Assembly: GCA_964544885.1 (NCBI GenBank)
Contig: CAZJDX010000004.1
Location: 100,293 to 164,292 of the forward strand
Direction: 5' to 3'
Length of the DNA: 64,000 bases
Source: an uncultured Flavobacteriales bacterium
GTDB lineage: Bacteria > Bacteroidota > Bacteroidia > AKYH767-A > 2013-40CM-41-45
Position numbers and translations under genes: made by a program
The notes under the pieces: model-generated
Database searches by the model: none
Told to the model about the DNA's origin: nothing
What the model saw: only the letters and a program-made list of their open reading frames with translations
Part shown: positions 21,201 through 30,319 of the stretch, piece by piece
How positions within the stretch are numbered: position 1 is the first letter of the stretch
How the letters are laid out: every line of letters starts with the position of its first letter

Positions 21201-21825
21201 TAGGTTGATAGAAATACTGTATCCTGCCTCTGTTAGCTACCGTGGTATGCGTGGAAGAATAAAAGCGAACGCACATCTTGGCAAGGTATGCTGAACCTGC
21301 ATTCTTGTCCCAAACTACGTTCTGCCATTCCACATAGAATATTCCGTTAGCCAATCCCCCAATGGCACGGTATCCTGCTCCGGTGATGAGGTCATCCCAG
21401 AGTGGCGCGATCAGCGGGCCGTCTCCGGCAGGAATTGCTGTCAGATTATTGGCAGGCGTTGGACCAATGGGTGCAGGAGTACCAGCAGGCGCATTGGTAA
21501 GGATGATGAATCCGTTGGATGAAATGTGAAAGGCGCTATAATCCCTTCCTCCGAAATTCACGCTGAAGGCGGCCGTTCCGACTATGGCGATAGCGGGTGT
21601 GATCTGTTCATCGGTACCGGCAGCTATGGGTGAAGCCGTAAGTGCGCCGATGGTCGGATAAGCGATGTAGCCGTAGGTATCTGTATAGGTAATCCCTCGA
21701 CCGGCCTGGGCAAAACTGGTGTTCCACTGAAGGGAAATCAGCGTGAACAAGGCAAATAAAGTTTTAAGGAGAGTAGTTTTTTTCCACATGGTCAGGTATG
21801 GCTTAGCGTATGGTTTTTTAATCAT
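15241..21825 (-). CDS. Giant T9SS-secreted surface protein (2194 aa) with at least 7 tandem Cys-rich PPC-like (pre-peptidase C-terminal-like) repeats, a central beta-helix-like region and a type-A Por/T9SS C-terminal sorting domain. Probable adhesin. The true start is likely the internal Met of MWKKTTLLKTLFALFTLISL at about 21789, which gives a canonical signal peptide.
   Basis: A repeated ~95-aa unit carries conserved motifs (PC…A/L…C…DVW[YF]R[FV]T…G.V.I.T…AVY…C…C.D/ND) seven times: NDVWYRFT, GDIWFRVT, IDVWIRII, NDTWVRVV, RDVWFSVT, NTVWYTFV, NSAWFTFN. The C-terminal ~80 aa (…SVYPNPARTTITYSF…LSPGVYYLKLDHVD…) is a T9SS CTD. Composition is Thr/Gly/Ala-rich. Confidence 0.85.
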   Translation of the reverse strand: MIKKPYAKPYLTMWKKTTLLKTLFALFTLISLQWNTSFAQAGRGITYTDTYGYIAYPTIGALTASPIAAGTDEQITPAIAIVGTAAFSVNFGGRDYSAFHISSNGFIILTNAPAGTPAPIGPTPANNLTAIPAGDGPLIAPLWDDLITGAGYRAIGGLANGIFYVEWQNVVWDKNAGSAYLAKMCVRFYSSTHTTVANRGRIQYFYQPIVTTLPQAYGPYSGTSGGASIGFADTCGGDFYSVVQSTAPVNLPGWTNGSASKTVETSNINNLGSANTVITQVQYITFDKGVPANDQCANAVNLGSIPAGACTPTIGTLIGATNTGTPAAPCDAGNTNDVWYRFTKPANITSFRVTTDFAALCRGVTTSVEVYSGACGALVSMGCASTGGTINANNAVLDISDPANACNATQYYIRVAGDASAQGEFQICVENYGASNCANATALSTTLPLTLNCQTTCGAVNDYNSTHGCSSSYMNGEDFVYTYTPTSIANSCISINVTNTGAGSNPGIFVLNDCPTAAGVVCLASNNSTGNSVSISSVSLVVGNTYYIVVDNNGTPPCIPFTLQIATAGLAPVNNDPCDAGVPMLAVGGATCTWTAAGYSNNCASATTGVPAPSCGNYNGGDIWFRVTIPAAGNVVIDTRPGATNPMGNAAMAVYSAGSCAGPFTQIACADNGSSINANFPLVALTGRTPGEVVWVRVWSENNASNGSIEFCLSSACNSYDEPCSATPLTVTTGGVPVYSTFTNVCATTSTGMPGNTCATAPRIDVWIRIIVPPSGGLTITGLVGPTTGGMRDPVLQVYRGTCTSLTQVACNDDAGPGLAPEITLCGGLTPGETLWLRVWPYGSTLPANEGTFQLAAYETSPLSAPNPYQADEPCQITNDFPVTTGTCNTYTTLSLRCQTPTAVTAGIPAPVNCDPFWAPGWNPSNDTWVRVVVPPGITTMNFVTAAGSVTDDQMAVYRSTNCSTFTQLACDDLSGPGLMPYISLGGLVPGEILYVRHWIWNGNTTRTGDFGFCVETPCSTAVPNDNPCQAIPLSVSAGCIYKPYTTLCATNTVQAGVPATVTTCGNFNTTSRDVWFSVTVPASGQVSIDTRSINIPDAVMAVYSAASCSTAFTQIGCNDNSSVNPAMPSLTLTGRTAGETLYIRIWAKNGLSGGFEICVTDPCPLGPPSNDLPCNAQLVTLGTTYTGYNSCSNGLSEPYPPDGAGAAPSCWANSGAGELNTVWYTFVAPASGQVRIRTTLGTLTNTQIAIYQGAFCFSLVPFGAVSCNDDYTQCGVSTFASELIATGLTPGVTYYVVVDGRNALTGTFGITIYDNSIPLAPIPQQDCVLPTQICAQQTTYGSPGFQGAGNICDLGNTATAYGCVPATGARENNSAWFTFNIATTGNLFFDIIPTSNINYDWVLWNISSYPTIANACAQVLSNAATIAACNYSTTAGTTGMQSIGTCTICLPVNPPFSQDILVTAGETYLLMINNTSGLAAGFTLDFGTSSPVNFGSPATLSWTGGANSTWSDVANWGGCGTPSCVTSANINSGPLNQPVLTANEQVKDVYIGPGATLTINAGVTLQICGNYTNDGTLIADPTSIIEFIGSANQTINGNITGTSRMGNLVINKSGGNVQMNAIVEVARDFSTVNGTSVFNCNGFDLRIGRNFTNFNGTSTFQSPAGSMLSFIGAAPQTFTNNGSLLTLNNVRMAQTINSSVTLSAGAFNNMVLGTAGVLTLTNGKIITGTNEVVITNTAGAASTIGNTASYVEGWMRRYFGTSVASYDFPVGDAITGWERANIEFTTPPSAPYNLLMRFLRWGGANLPLVNGVYPPLECSGYNWSLRQALNHGYWNTISSTATPTGTYTMTLYNRTYSNYVGTATPASISHAVSVAQGAPGTVLTFASTATPGFPALSVGMNVLGFGVPPGATITAVTATTVTLSAATTLAVPAGTYIDFFTAGAAGSFAALTIMKDVNGSGSWTMEATCPCNPTFPPPPKPASRRYAYDASNTGFFNFATVQFGTALPIELISFRAENTERGNRCEWITASEINNDYFILERSYDGENFVKIAQINGYGAGTTTETREYNFTDEDPCNGVVYYRLRQVDIDGTESVSDIVALNCLKTKDALSVYPNPARTTITYSFFEEYESVINVQILDVYGKLVSWERFGTQRGANILQSNIEQLSPGVYYLKLDHVDRTENPRQVRFIKN

Positions 21826-21893
21826 GGTATGGCGATTGAATGGAGATCATGGCAGCTTAACAGCCAATCACTCAATACATAATTTCAGAACCT

Positions 21894-21901
21894 CAAACTT
21901 A
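21894..21901 (-). promoter_or_regulatory. Candidate Bacteroidota sigma-A -7 box (TAAGTTTG on the minus strand) upstream of the giant T9SS gene
   Basis: Minus-strand TAAGTTTG matches the TAnnTTTG consensus, about 70 nt upstream of the track ATG and about 105 nt upstream of the likely true start. A TTTG element lies 15 nt further upstream, which is shorter than the canonical spacing, so this call is weak. Confidence 0.25.
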
Positions 21902-22204
21902 CTGATTTTAGAGGCTCAAAGCAAGAAAAATATCTCTTGATTATCAACAGGTTGCCTCGTTTTTCAGGTGTATGTGAACGATCCTGATTCAAGGGTGAAC
22001 GAATGCAAATCTTGGGTGAAAACGCCGACCCTGTTTCAGTACAATTATTTCTGTATTGAGGAACATGAAGAAATGACCCCGATCCGGAGAATTGTTAATA
22101 AAAAAAATGACGGATTTTGGTATTGATCCGGATGAATTCAAGTTCAATCACACATTAAAAAATCCTGAACAATACCCGTATCAACTTAAAGCAGAAAATA
22201 ATTT

Positions 22205-23911
<1,707 letters not shown>

Positions 23912-24073
23912 TCAGGATCCATGCCGGAAAAAGACCGGCATCATAGCTTATCCGGCTCCGCATATATCAGTCCAATGAGCAACATTATTCAAATCTTTGT
24001 TGATCATTCGTTTCAGGTTTCTCCGGTGATTGTAAGTAATGATATAAATTGCGATCCGCAATAATCACTATCC

Positions 24074-25036
24074 GTGAAAAGACTTCTCTGCGTTCAGGCA
24101 TTTATTCTGATGTCCGCGTTTCTCTTTGCTTCCGGTCCGGGTCACGAATCGCATGCAGCATTCAGTTCCGCGGAAAAGACGGAGTTCAACCGTTTGTTCC
24201 GGGAAGATTCCCTTTGGTCTTTCCGTTCCGCGAAGGGTTTTGTGCCTATGTTGTGGTATAACACTAAAAGACAAGCGACATCTTTTCTCCGGATGTCGGA
24301 AGGTCAGGCATTGTTCCTTATGGGTGCTGCCGGACTAACGGCTGCATTATACTATTATGACGAAGATATAGACCGTCATTTCAAACCGCTGGAAGACGAG
24401 CATGACTGGCTGGCAAAAACCAGTCCTGTGCTGACTGAATTCGGTGATTACTATGGTTATTCATTCCTGGCGCTGACCGGTGTTTATAGTCTGGCAGCCG
24501 GTAATCACAAGTTGCTTCATACTTCGGTGATGGCGGCACAAAGCGCGATCAGTGCCGGACTCTGGTGCAGAGTGGGAAAGATCATGACCGGCAGGATGAG
24601 GCCCGGAGCCACCTATGGTGATCCTGAGTTCACTTCCGATCACTGGTTCGGGCCTTTCGGGCAGTACAATAAAAAGGAGAGAGGCGAAAGGGGCATTGGC
24701 GCATATGACGCATTTCCGAGCGGACATACAGCTGCGGCCTTCTCCATCGCGAGCGTCTTTGCCGATCGTTACAGTGACCGTCCGGCGGTAGCCTGGATCT
24801 CCTATGGACTTGCAGGTATCGTAGCCGTCACACGTATGGTTGAACACGAGCATTGGGCTTCAGACCTGATTCCCGGCGCGCTGATCGGTTACGGTTGTGG
24901 CAGACAGGTACTGAGCAATTACAGGAGACTTTTTCCGCAGTATGCCGAGGAGGATTACCGCAGGAAAAAGAAGAAAAGCCTGAGCTGGAATGTAGCCCCG
25001 ACGCACAATGGAGTTTATTTTCTTATAAGCTTTTGA
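24074..25036 (+). CDS. PAP2-family phosphatase (phosphatidic acid phosphatase type 2 / haloperoxidase fold), periplasm-facing with a signal peptide
   Basis: Signal peptide, then the three PAP2 motifs: KxxxxxxRP-like (GRMRPG), PSGH (FPSGHTAAAF) and SRxxxxxHxxxD (TRMVEHEHWASD). Confidence 0.8.
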   Translation: MKRLLCVQAFILMSAFLFASGPGHESHAAFSSAEKTEFNRLFREDSLWSFRSAKGFVPMLWYNTKRQATSFLRMSEGQALFLMGAAGLTAALYYYDEDIDRHFKPLEDEHDWLAKTSPVLTEFGDYYGYSFLALTGVYSLAAGNHKLLHTSVMAAQSAISAGLWCRVGKIMTGRMRPGATYGDPEFTSDHWFGPFGQYNKKERGERGIGAYDAFPSGHTAAAFSIASVFADRYSDRPAVAWISYGLAGIVAVTRMVEHEHWASDLIPGALIGYGCGRQVLSNYRRLFPQYAEEDYRRKKKKSLSWNVAPTHNGVYFLISF

Positions 25037-25046
25037 AAAAGCCGGA

Positions 25047-27350
25047 TCAAAAAAGCAAGGCTAGTCCGAAGGTAGGTATTATGGGTAACTGATACACTCT
25101 CTGTGCGGTGACCCTGTTCACATAAAATATATTTTTTCTGTCGAGCACATTGGTGACTCCTGCATTCACCTCCAGACTTGTATTCTTGTTGAACCTGAAT
25201 GTTCTTTGCACGGCAAGGTCAAGGCGCTGAAAGTCCGATAGCCTGCCTTTGTTCAGATCGCCGTACTGAATTCCAAGGTTTCCATTCTGATTCTGAAGGT
25301 CGGTCCCTGTTCCGTTATTGAAACTGAGCATCTCATAGAAATTCTGTGTCTGTGTGAAGGGGAATGGCGAACCGAAATTGAATCTTCCGTTTGCCTGCCA
25401 CAAGCCGTTCTTTCCGAATTTTACCGAAGCGACCACATTCACATTGTGGCGTCTGTCAAAACCGGGTTCATAGGTGATCCTTCCATCATATCGTTTCACA
25501 TAACCCAGGGAATATACCATCCATACATATACGTTTTTGTGATCGTATTTCAATACAACATCAACACCTCGTGCGGTGCCTGACTCAATGATGAATTCTT
25601 TCTTCTGATAGTCCGGCTTGTCGCTGTGCAGTCCGTCATCCGCATAGATTTTATCCCGGTTGGTGTTCTGTAACTGGTTAAAGTCCTTGAAATAGGCTTC
25701 CGCATTAAGGCTGAGATGAAGCGGCAGATCCAGTTCAAATCCGGCAACAGCGTGCGTGGCTTTTTGAAGTTTTGAGTCCACAGGTTCGCCGTCAAACTCG
25801 TCCGGCAATTCATCTGAGCCGGAGAGGAAGCCGTAAAAAAGGTTCACCACATCTCTGTCGGAAGTGGCGGCAAGAAAGTTCTGGCTGTAAAATCCGCCGG
25901 CACCTTTGATCCGTATCGAATTGGTGAGATTGACCTTGAAACCGATTCTGGGTTCAAGCGTGAATTCGGACAGGGATGAGTAATAGTTGGCTCTCAGGCC
26001 GGGTTCAATGACAAATTTTCCCGCGACCTTTTTGTATTTCAGAAATGCGGCCAGCTCCGTTGTATTTTCAGTCTGGCCCGATTCTGAACTGTAGATATTG
26101 GTAAACTTATAATCGGTTTTGAATCCGAGCAATTCAATACCGTACATCATCTCGTCCTTCCCCATGAAATAGGAAAAGTTCAGTCCGGCATTGAAGCCGC
26201 CGATTTCGCTGTAGCGCTCACGTCCATCTTGTTCTTCCAGTGAAATCCTGTAACCGGAATAAGCAAAGTTTCCGTCAATGAGAACAGATGATCCGGATGG
26301 AACGAGAACGAAATTGGTACCGGCGCCGCTTGACTTCCAGTTGAGGTCGGCGATCTCTCCATAGTCAACCGCATCAGTAAACCTGAAACCGAACAGATTC
26401 CATTTACTTCCCGTCGCGCTGTTCATGGAAATCTTTCCATAAAGATCGGTGAACGAATAGGGCAGTCCCGCCGTATCAAGATTGCTGTAAAGTGATTTGG
26501 AAGTTTGATCCAGGTAGGATGTCTTTCCGGTAAAGAGGAATGATGAACTTCCGTCATTGCCTTCTTTTTCTTTTTTAAGCGGGCCTTCAAGAAGTAGCTT
26601 AGAAGTGAAAGTATTTGCGGATAGCTTTCCGGCGAGCCGTTTTTTGTTACCGTCTCTGGAGGTGATATCCATAACCGAGGATATCCGGTCGCCATATTCC
26701 ACATTAAAGCCGCCCGTATAGATATCCGCGCCTCTGATGGCATCCGCGTCAAGTACGGAATAAAGTCCGATGGAATGGAAAGGATTATAGATGATCATTC
26801 CGTCAAGCAATACTTTATTCTGAATCGGTGTTCCACCCCGTATATAAAGCTGACCGCCCTGGTCGCCTGAGAAAACAATTCCCGGAAGCACTTGCAGATA
26901 CTGTGCGAGGTCGGGTTCGCCTCCAACTGTCGGCACTTGCCTTATCTCTTTGGGTGTGATCTTATTCACCGAGATCCGTACATCGGTTTTTTTCTCTTCA
27001 CTTTCCGCAGAGATCTGCACTTCTCCGATTTCTATAGTCGATTTCTTCAGGTACAGCTTGCGGGTAATGAGAGATCCGGCAGTCACGCTGACCGGTATCT
27101 GAATGGAATCAAAACCGATCGAACTCACAAATAACTGGTATTCTCCGGGTGGTAATTTGGATATGGAGAAGAATCCGTCCATATTGGTTTGCGAGCCGTA
27201 TTTGGTTCCCTTCAGGTAAACACTTGTATATATGGCCGGTTCGGATGTTTCTTCTTCATATACAAAGCCGCGTATCTCACCGGTCTGGGCCATTATTGGA
27301 AGAATGAAGATGGCCGAAAGGATAAAGAAGAGTGAAAATATTTTTTTCAT
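25047..27350 (-). CDS. TonB-dependent outer-membrane receptor with an N-terminal carboxypeptidase-regulatory-like (CarbopepD_reg) domain. No adjacent SusD gene, so this is not a classical PUL.
   Basis: Signal peptide; an N-terminal Ig-like CarbopepD_reg domain (GFVYEEETSEPAIYTSVYLKGTKYGSQTNMDGFFSI…); a plug and beta-barrel region; a C-terminal aromatic residue (…LALLF). Confidence 0.8.
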   Translation of the reverse strand: MKKIFSLFFILSAIFILPIMAQTGEIRGFVYEEETSEPAIYTSVYLKGTKYGSQTNMDGFFSISKLPPGEYQLFVSSIGFDSIQIPVSVTAGSLITRKLYLKKSTIEIGEVQISAESEEKKTDVRISVNKITPKEIRQVPTVGGEPDLAQYLQVLPGIVFSGDQGGQLYIRGGTPIQNKVLLDGMIIYNPFHSIGLYSVLDADAIRGADIYTGGFNVEYGDRISSVMDITSRDGNKKRLAGKLSANTFTSKLLLEGPLKKEKEGNDGSSSFLFTGKTSYLDQTSKSLYSNLDTAGLPYSFTDLYGKISMNSATGSKWNLFGFRFTDAVDYGEIADLNWKSSGAGTNFVLVPSGSSVLIDGNFAYSGYRISLEEQDGRERYSEIGGFNAGLNFSYFMGKDEMMYGIELLGFKTDYKFTNIYSSESGQTENTTELAAFLKYKKVAGKFVIEPGLRANYYSSLSEFTLEPRIGFKVNLTNSIRIKGAGGFYSQNFLAATSDRDVVNLFYGFLSGSDELPDEFDGEPVDSKLQKATHAVAGFELDLPLHLSLNAEAYFKDFNQLQNTNRDKIYADDGLHSDKPDYQKKEFIIESGTARGVDVVLKYDHKNVYVWMVYSLGYVKRYDGRITYEPGFDRRHNVNVVASVKFGKNGLWQANGRFNFGSPFPFTQTQNFYEMLSFNNGTGTDLQNQNGNLGIQYGDLNKGRLSDFQRLDLAVQRTFRFNKNTSLEVNAGVTNVLDRKNIFYVNRVTAQRVYQLPIIPTFGLALLF

Positions 27351-27445
27351 AATGTTTCAGGATCGGCAAATGTATAGAATGAGCCTGAATGATCATCAGA
27401 AATTCTCAGCTCCGTTTTGTTAAAATATGTGAATTTCGGGTGAGG

Positions 27446-27856
27446 CTAATTGTCCAGCGACATTTCCAGAATTCTGTCAAAGTGTTTCTTCGACAGCGGC
27501 ATAACCGAAAGCCTTGAAATCTTTACCAGCATGATGTCTTTCAGTGCCGGATCTTTTTTGATGTGACTGAGTGGAACCGTTTGTTTCAGCTTTTGGACCG
27601 CTTTAAGTCCTACACTCTGCCAGGTATCATCCATCGCCGTTGGGTCCTTATAGGGATTTTTATTGACGGCAGCCAATCCATAAACGCAGGATTCCCCGCC
27701 ACTGTGATAAACAAGAACCTGATCGCCAATCCTCATCTCTCTGAGAAAATTCCTGGCCGCGTAGTTTCTTATTCCGTCCCAGGAAGTGCTTTTGTCTTTC
27801 AGGAGGTCTTCAAATGAATAGGTTTCGGGATCCGATTTAACAAGCCAGTAATTCAT
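27446..27856 (-). CDS. EVE (PUA-like) domain protein
   Basis: 136 aa; N-terminus MNYWLVKSDPETYSFEDLLKD…W.GIRNY.ARNFLREM.IGDQVLVYHSG is a textbook EVE/Thump-like PUA fold. Confidence 0.8.
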   Translation of the reverse strand: MNYWLVKSDPETYSFEDLLKDKSTSWDGIRNYAARNFLREMRIGDQVLVYHSGGESCVYGLAAVNKNPYKDPTAMDDTWQSVGLKAVQKLKQTVPLSHIKKDPALKDIMLVKISRLSVMPLSKKHFDRILEMSLDN

Positions 27857-27903
27857 CGTATGATTTTTAGATCAGGGTAGAATAAAAAAAAAAGAACCAA
27901 TGT

Positions 27904-28935
27904 TCAGTGAACAATTCTGAAGACCATTTCCTTCAACAACTGACCATGGTCTGCGGAAGCGTTTTTTATCCCTTTACTGCGATTGTCGTACTCGCGGATG
28001 ATACTGATATTCCTGAGGCAATGATCCCTGTTATATGACCTCGCGGCGGTTTCATAGTCAGGGACAAAAAACTGGTTAACACCCAGTGAACTGGCTACAT
28101 TGGCGCGTGAACGGTCTTGAAGGGTGTGATAGGTAAGTACCTTAAGGAAGAAACTATACAGCTGGGAAACGGTCATCACGAAGGGATTGCTCTTCGGGTT
28201 CTTTATGAAGTACTGAACGATGAGGTTGGCTTTGTATATGTTTCTTTTTCCCAGGGCGTCATTCAGTTCGAAGATGTTGTAATCCTTGCTGATGTCAATA
28301 TTTTTCTGGACATGATCGGTGCTGATTCTTTCGCCCGGTTTCAGGTTCAGTACCAGCTTGGATATCGCATTTTCAATCCTTGACAGGTCATTACCCAGAT
28401 AACTGGTCATCATCAGCGTTGCTTTGGGTTCAATCGTAAAACCTGATTTCTGAACCTGAGCTTCTATCCAGCCCGGTACCTTGTCTTCGTAAAGCTTCTT
28501 TGATTCCAGTACAAGGGCCTTTTTATCCAACAGTTTGTACAGCCTGGTTCGTTTGTCTAAGGTCTTATACTTGTAGCAAATGACCAGCAGCGTACTGGGT
28601 AATGGATTCTGAAGGTATTCGGCAAACGGGTCTTTACTGTCTTTGTCCTGTGCTTCCTTCGAAACAAGATTTTTAATATTCTGAGCTTCCTTCACGATCA
28701 CTACCTGATAATTTGACATCATCGGATAACGCTTGGCCGTACTGATCATGGTCAGGGTGTCGATGTCCTTCCCGTAAAGTATGCTCTCGTTGAATTCCTT
28801 TTCGCTTTCTGAGAGAACATTTTTTTCTATGTAGTCGGCAATCTGGTCAATAAAATACGGTTCCTCTCCGCACAGAAAATAGACAGGCGCGTATATTTTT
28901 TTCTTCAGGTCATTAAGTATTTGCTCGTAAGTCAT
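27904..28935 (-). CDS. holA: DNA polymerase III subunit delta
   Basis: 343 aa; N-terminal motif …VYFLCGEEPYFIDQIADYIE… is typical of HolA, with the domain order of a clamp-loader delta subunit. Confidence 0.85.
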   Translation of the reverse strand: MTYEQILNDLKKKIYAPVYFLCGEEPYFIDQIADYIEKNVLSESEKEFNESILYGKDIDTLTMISTAKRYPMMSNYQVVIVKEAQNIKNLVSKEAQDKDSKDPFAEYLQNPLPSTLLVICYKYKTLDKRTRLYKLLDKKALVLESKKLYEDKVPGWIEAQVQKSGFTIEPKATLMMTSYLGNDLSRIENAISKLVLNLKPGERISTDHVQKNIDISKDYNIFELNDALGKRNIYKANLIVQYFIKNPKSNPFVMTVSQLYSFFLKVLTYHTLQDRSRANVASSLGVNQFFVPDYETAARSYNRDHCLRNISIIREYDNRSKGIKNASADHGQLLKEMVFRIVH

Positions 28936-28952
28936 AATTCTTTCATCTCATT

Positions 28953-29723
28953 TCAGAACCTGAGGTGTTTGACGGTGAGTCCGTTATTGATAAGTTCATT
29001 GAGTGAGGCAATACCGATCTTCAGGTGTATATTAACATACTGTGCCGTGACTTTTTTATCACTCTCCGCGGTTTTAACTCCTGTGGAAATCATCGGCTGA
29101 TCAGATACCAGCAGCAGTGCACCGGTTGGAATCTTATTGGCAAAACCTGCAATAAAGATGGTTGCCGTTTCCATATCAATGGCCATCGAGCGGGTCAGTT
29201 GCAGGTATTTCTTGAATTCTTTGTCGTGTTCCCAGACACGGCGATTGGTTGAAAATACGGAACCGGTCCAGTAATCCTTGTCATGATTTCTGATCGTGGT
29301 GGAGACGGCTTTTTGCAGGCTGAACGCCGGCAGCGCGGGTATTTCACTGGGGAGGTAGTCATTGGATGTACCTTCTCCCCTGATGGCCGCGATAGGGAGA
29401 ATAAGGTCCCCTACCTTATTCTTCTTTTTTAGTCCACCGCACTTGCCAAGGAACAGCGCCGCTTTGGGTGCTATGGCGGATAAAAGATCCATGATCAGGG
29501 CCGCGTTCGGACTGCCGATACCGAAATTAATAATGGTGATGCCATTGTGCGTGGCATTGGGCATCGGCTTGTCACTTCCATTCACAGGAACCTTGTGCCA
29601 TTCGGAAAATAAATTTACGTAGTGATTAAAATTCGTCAGAAGTATATACTTGCCGAAATCTTCCAGTTTGGTACCGGTGTATCTTGGAAGCCAGTTTTCT
29701 ACTATTTCTTTTTTATTGATCAT
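28953..29723 (-). CDS. Short-form AMP nucleosidase / purine-nucleoside-phosphorylase family 1 (PNP_UDP_1) enzyme
   Basis: 256 aa carrying the PNP_UDP_1 fold signatures (…GIGSPNAALIMDLL…, …AIDMETATIF…); it lacks the long regulatory N-domain of enterobacterial Amn. Confidence 0.7.
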   Translation of the reverse strand: MINKKEIVENWLPRYTGTKLEDFGKYILLTNFNHYVNLFSEWHKVPVNGSDKPMPNATHNGITIINFGIGSPNAALIMDLLSAIAPKAALFLGKCGGLKKKNKVGDLILPIAAIRGEGTSNDYLPSEIPALPAFSLQKAVSTTIRNHDKDYWTGSVFSTNRRVWEHDKEFKKYLQLTRSMAIDMETATIFIAGFANKIPTGALLLVSDQPMISTGVKTAESDKKVTAQYVNIHLKIGIASLNELINNGLTVKHLRF

Positions 29724-29752
29724 AAAGATATATTCGTTGAAAATATAAAGAG

Positions 29753-30217
29753 GTGGAATTGATAAAGCTCAACTTCCCGGACTACAAGTTTACGCTGAAA
29801 GGACAAGATTCCGGCGGAAAAAGTTTAAAAATTTTCGACATAATAAGGAAAAAGTATGTGAACCTGAGTCCGGAAGAATGGGTCAGGCAACATCTGATTC
29901 ACTATCTCATCAGGGATAAAGCGTATCCGGAGTCACTCACTGCCGTTGAGAAGATGGTGATGGTGAATCGTTTACAACGCAGGTTCGATTTGCTTGTTTA
30001 TTCACGGGACCATCAACCGCTGCTTCTCGCCGAATGCAAATCACCCAGTGTTCCGGTAAGTCAGGAAGTTTTTGATCAGGCTGCGCGGTATAATCTCAGT
30101 ATTGGCGCACGGTATTTTGTACTGAGCAATGGTTTGCAGACTTATTGCTGCAAGGTACTTGATGAGGAAGGCAGATATGAATTTCTTGAGGACGTCCCTT
30201 TTTATGAAAAGAAATAA
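29753..30217 (+). CDS. Type I restriction enzyme HsdR N-terminal (HsdR_N, PD-(D/E)xK nuclease-fold) domain protein, standalone
   Basis: 154 aa; sequence pattern typical of the widespread Bacteroidota HsdR_N-only proteins (…EEWVRQHLIHYLI…DLLVYSRDHQPLLLAECK… carrying a D…E.K-like core). Confidence 0.7.
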   Translation: MELIKLNFPDYKFTLKGQDSGGKSLKIFDIIRKKYVNLSPEEWVRQHLIHYLIRDKAYPESLTAVEKMVMVNRLQRRFDLLVYSRDHQPLLLAECKSPSVPVSQEVFDQAARYNLSIGARYFVLSNGLQTYCCKVLDEEGRYEFLEDVPFYEKK

Positions 30218-30319
30218 GTTTTAACAGTATCCTCCGGTATTGACATGAGAGTGTAAAATTCCGATTAAACGCAGGGGAATAGTCATGGTCATTTCCCGTA
30301 AGGGAATTAACTGTACCTT

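Noticed and set aside
25047-27350. Possible polysaccharide utilisation locus around the TonB-dependent receptor
   Set aside because: No SusD-like lipoprotein gene is adjacent. The flanking genes, PAP2 and the EVE protein, are unrelated, so this is a lone TonB-dependent receptor rather than a SusC/SusD pair.
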